This document shows positions 61,096 through 64,000 of a stretch of DNA of 64,000 nucleotides, one piece after another. The position numbers and the translations under genes are program-made. The DNA is from Octopus sinensis (taxonomy: Eukaryota): positions 41,044,001-41,108,000 of the forward strand of contig NC_043004.1 in the NCBI RefSeq assembly GCF_006345805.1. Reading direction: 5' to 3'. How positions within the stretch are numbered: position 1 is the stretch's first letter; every line of letters begins with the position of its first letter. The notes beneath the pieces are model-generated. The model worked only from the letters and a program-made list of their open reading frames with translations. It ran no database searches and was not told where the DNA came from.

Positions 61096-62566
61096 GTTTG
61101 TCAGTAACTTTGTCTTTGATTATTGGATAAATTCTTTGTTTTAGATTTGTTTTTATTGTATTCCAAAGAGGCAGATTCTATGAGGCATCTCTTTTACTTG
61201 TTTCAGTCATTTGACTGTGTCTATGCTGGAGCACCGCCTTTAGTCGAGCAAATCGACCCCAGGACTTGTTCTTTGAAAGCCTAGTCCTTATTCTATCGAT
61301 CTCTTTTGCGAACCGCTAAGTTACGGGGGCGTAAACACACCACCATCGGTTGTCAAGCGATGTTGGGGGGACAGACACACAAACATACACACACACACAC
61401 ACACACACACACCCATCCATTCACAAGGCTTTGGTTGGCCTGAGGCTATAGAAGACACTTGCCCAAGGTGCCACGCAGTGGGACTGAACCTGGAACCATG
61501 TGGTTGGTAAGCAAGCTACTTACCGCACAACCACTCCTATGCCTAGGTATGTGTAACAAGTATTAAACTTGTGGTATAATTTATATCAGTTTAATGAACA
61601 AGTTTCCAGCACTTTGAATCTTGTCCTTGGAGAAAAGTAACGACCAGCTGGATGGCACAGGGTGGAATTTTACTAATGCTAACCTTATTTTGCTAAATAA
61701 AAGCATTGTTGTCCTTGTATACAGGCTGTTCCCTGCATCCCTCTCCAGCAGAGCATTCCTAACCTTGCAGGCTTATGGGTGCTGGTGCCATGTAAGGGCA
61801 CGTGTTGTGCTGTGTAAGAGCACCCTCTACACTCTGTAAAGTTGTTGGCATTAGGAAGGGCATCTAGTCAGAAACCATGCTGAAACAGACATGGAACTTG
61901 GTCAGCTCTTCAGCTGGTCAGCTCCTGTCAAATCATCCAACCCATGCTAGCATGAAAAATGGACGTTAAATGATGATGATGATATATAACAGCATCAGAA
62001 GCAGTATTAATAACAAAGGTGGCAATCTGGCAGAAACGTCAGCATGCCGGGCGAAATGCGTAGCCGTATTTCGTCTGCCGTTATGTTCTGAGTTCAAACT
62101 CCGAGGTCGACTTTGCCTTTCATCCTTTCGAGGTCAATAAATTAAGTACCAGTTATGCACTGGGGTCGATGTAATCGACTTAATCCGTTTGTCTGTCCTT
62201 GTTTGTTCCCTCTGTGTTTAGCACCTTGTGGGTAGTAAAGAAATAAGTATTAATAACAAATGGTAATCTGATCTCCAACTTAACATGGAGGTTCTATTAG
62301 AACACGGAATACCAGGTTATTTACCTTCAGAGAATCTCTTAAAAACACTCGAAATTATATTCTTGACAGATAATAGTCTGCTTCATCTATCAGATCACAT
62401 GATTTCACCCTGCTATGGGTTCCTCAGTGACAGATGTTCAACAGTGCAATAACAGGCAAATCTCCTGTCAACTATATATAGAATCTAAGTGTCTATTCAA
62501 ACTCTGGTGTTACAAATAGCCAATGGGCTTATTGAAAAATAGATAATGGCAACAGAAGTATTATTA

Positions 62567-62966
62567 ACTAGCAGTATCGCCCAGCGTTTTTCGGGTTTGT
62601 TTCAACCCTTTAGAATTGGAATTTTTGAAAAGTAAAAATTTTGCATTATGTAGCTTGTTATTCTCTTTAAGTGATCATTTTTCTGGTTGAAATACACCGA
62701 AAAATGGCGACACAGCAATAAAAAAAATTGTAAAAAAAATAGGGATTTTCAGAGAAAAAAAGAATCTTTTTGATGTAAATAATTTTTGGTAGTAACATGG
62801 TCAGATTTGAATTTTTTTCTTCTACGGAAGGGAGAGCAAGCCTTCTTCTCTCATACTCTCAATTTTGATCAACTTGCACCACAGAGTCTAGGAGGAAATA
62901 GTGTTAGTTGAAGGCTACCAAACCTGCCATACACAGACAACTTCAGCTTTATATATATGTAGAGAT
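62567..62966 (-). mobile_element. Non-autonomous Helitron-like element
   Basis: The minus strand starts atctctacatatatataaag and ends ...cgctgggcgatactgctagt (CTAG 3' end). Confidence 0.55.
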
Positions 62967-64000
62967 ATGAAAAAGTAATCTTGATCTCCAACTTAACATG
63001 GCGGTTGTTTTAGAACGCAGAATACCATGTTATTTACCTTGAGAGAACCTCTCATAAGGACTTGTGCATAAAAGTACTCAAAATTATATCATCAACCAAT
63101 GAGCAGTCTGCTACAGCTAGATCACATGATTTCACCCTGCTATGAGTTCCCCTAGTGACAGATATCCACCACTCTGTGTGTGTGTGTGTGTGTCTATATT
63201 GATAATATTATTTTATAAGCTTAAAGCTTCTAAGTGATTACCATGCATTGACTAAGGTAAAGGGTCTAATATTGGGGCATGTAAACCCTTGAGGGGGAAA
63301 AAAGCAGAGTTGTCTGTGTGTGTGTGGGGGGGGGGGACTTTTTTGTGGCCAGATGCTCTTGATGATACTAACCTTTTTCATTACTTAGCACATGCACCAA
63401 TGTTGTATATTCTAAACACTGGGGAACACATAGCAAAACCTCTTATTTATAAAGATCTATTTTATCATTAAAGATTTGTAGGGGTTACATTTGTACCTCA
63501 TTCCTGACAATTCAATTAATTCTCTTGGTCTTCCTTTCAGCTGCAGTTTGACCTTGTGGGTTTAACTGAAACTAAAATGTGGTAGTTTGTTGGATAGACT
63601 CTATTTTTGGATGACTGACCTGGCTTAACTCTTAAGCATTTAAACCAGCCATATCAGGCCAAAATATTCTACCTGTTTCACGTTCATATCATCAAGAACT
63701 GGCATCTGACACCTACTCTACAATGTCATTCTAAAAAAAACACTCAATCACATTGAAATCTCAAAGCTATGAGATAATGCATGATTTATTTCCAAACAAT
63801 GTGAATAAATAAGCATTACATTTGACAGAGTAATCTGAATGCTAGAGGAGTATACACTTGTTCTTTGTGTGCCTCTAGCAGTATTCACTGTTTCATAAAT
63901 ATTCAATCCAAGTCTCTCGTCTGATGAAAACTTGATGTTTGGATCTGATGTTTCTTACTGTAGCAAACCATTGTTCTCCATTTCTTACTACCAACCTTAG

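Overview
AT-rich eukaryotic (metazoan) genomic DNA. The SINE and MITE repertoire strongly resembles Octopus repeats; this is inferred from repeat families, not from a database search. Two host genes lie head-to-head. (1) On the minus strand is a two-coding-exon gene (36431-36224 joined to 24810-24494, 174 aa) whose single C2H2 zinc finger is split by an 11.4-kb intron. (2) On the plus strand are the first five coding exons of nucleoporin NUP214 (45586 to 61095, continuing beyond the window). Positions ~1.9-20.7 kb form a SINE-free mosaic of fragments from about eight transposon sources (Helitron, Gypsy, Merlin, two non-LTR ORF1-like pieces, Helentron, two Penelope-like elements). All are on the + strand, several are joined at microhomologies, and they are amplified as a four-unit, two-level tandem array. 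Between the two genes, a ~180-bp MITE has received two nested Merlin-type insertions. One is a 2.85-kb foldback with ~1.28-kb arms, a 9-bp TSD and the same SINE in both arms. The rest is intronic or intergenic DNA dense in SINEs, MITEs and decayed piggyBac, mariner, hAT, Merlin, Penelope and CR1 remnants. No CRISPR, rRNA or genuine tRNA genes were found.
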